This document shows positions 63,272 through 64,000 of a DNA stretch of 64,000 nucleotides, piece by piece. A program made the position numbers and the translations under genes. Source of the stretch: Camelus ferus (taxonomy: Eukaryota); assembly GCF_009834535.1 (NCBI RefSeq), contig NC_045696.1, positions 7,814,001 to 7,878,000 of the forward strand, written 5' to 3'. The notes below the pieces were generated by a model. It ran no database searches. It was not told the DNA's origin and saw only the letters and a list, made by a program, of their open reading frames with translations. How positions within the stretch are numbered: position 1 is the stretch's first letter; each line of letters starts with the position of its first letter.

Positions 63272-63390
63272 CTACCCACCCCTTTACCCCCAGTGCCCAT
63301 AAGTTTGTTTTCTCTGTCTGTGTGTCTATCTCTCTCTCATAAATAAGTTCATTTATGTCCTTTTTAAAGATTCCACATATCAGTGATATT
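63272..63390 (-). mobile_element. L1 3' UTR fragment
   Basis: cccataagtttgttttctctgtctgtgtgtctat...aaataagttcatttatgtcctttttaaagattccacatatcagtgatat. Confidence 0.85.
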
Positions 63391-64000
63391 AGCCACCTTG
63401 TTCTAAGAAGGATTTAAGGCGGCTTTGTCAAGGGCATAAAGTGGTTTATGAAAGTAAGATACTGTTGTCTCCCCACTGAGGCCAGAGTGATGCCTCTCTG
63501 CCCTGCCTCCCTACCCTCAGCAGTTCCGCAGTTGCTTTAACCACAAAGCCCACAGCCCTTTGCAACAAAGTGGAAACGCCATCCTCCTCAGAGTCCAGGG
63601 AAACAGCACAGCTGCCCTGCCTGTGGAGCATCCCCGGGGACAGCAGATTGCGCAGCTGCACCTCCCTGGAGGCTGTGCTCGGCAGGGAGGGACCACAAAG
63701 GGTATGTGGGAATGGCAGGTGCAGAGGGATGGTGAGAGTGTCAGGAAGAAGGCTGCCCACAAGGACCTGAGAGAACAGAAACGGGTATGAGGACTTCAGT
63801 TCGGTTGTGTGCTGTGTGCATCCCCCCTGCTTCGGCACAAATCTGCAGTAAAACCTACAGTGTTTGCTGAGCCTTCCCTGGCATTCAGCTTCCCATCCCT
63901 ACATTTTTCCCTTGGCACGTATGATTTTGCTTTTTGAACTGTTTCCTTCAGCGGAACGTAAGTTCCACGAGAGTGGATATTTTTGTCTTTGGCTTTATCT

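Noticed and set aside
1..64000. Numerous 60-209 aa ORFs in the supplied track
   Set aside because: Apart from L1 ORF2 relics, none resembles a protein I recognise. Many start at alternative codons, overlap on both strands, or lie in LTR or GC-rich sequence, as expected by chance in mammalian DNA.
1..64000. Assignment to a specific gene locus
   Set aside because: No exon or landmark sequence is recognisable; a genome alignment is needed.

Overview
This is mammalian (eutherian) non-coding DNA, probably intronic or from a gene desert. I find no recognisable protein-coding exon, RNA gene, CRISPR array or prokaryotic system. The only ORFs resembling known proteins are decayed LINE-1 ORF2 fragments. 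The species is most likely a camelid (inference): there are five copies of a short tRNA-derived SINE resembling the camelid vic-1 family plus cetartiodactyl-type L1 3' ends, and I saw no Alu, B1/B2, Bov-A/BovB, PRE-1 or Can-SINE. Much of the window is interspersed repeat: young and old L1, L2, MIR, MLT1/MLT2/MER74 solo LTRs and hAT DNA elements (MER20, MER58, MER33, MER91). Several repeat-free blocks are dense in homeodomain, PBX-HOX and MEIS motifs and look like developmental enhancers. The most notable observations are a 5'-inverted (twin-primed) L1 with a large junction deletion and a 12-bp TSD inserted 10 bp from a consensus CTCF site, a young L1 with a perfect 16-bp TSD, a composite retro-insertion carrying about 200 nt of unidentified sequence, short candidate L1 3' transductions, and a G4/hairpin-competent tract. 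I see no evidence of a new biological system. Repeat subfamily names come from recalled consensus sequences, not a database search, and boundaries without TSDs are approximate.
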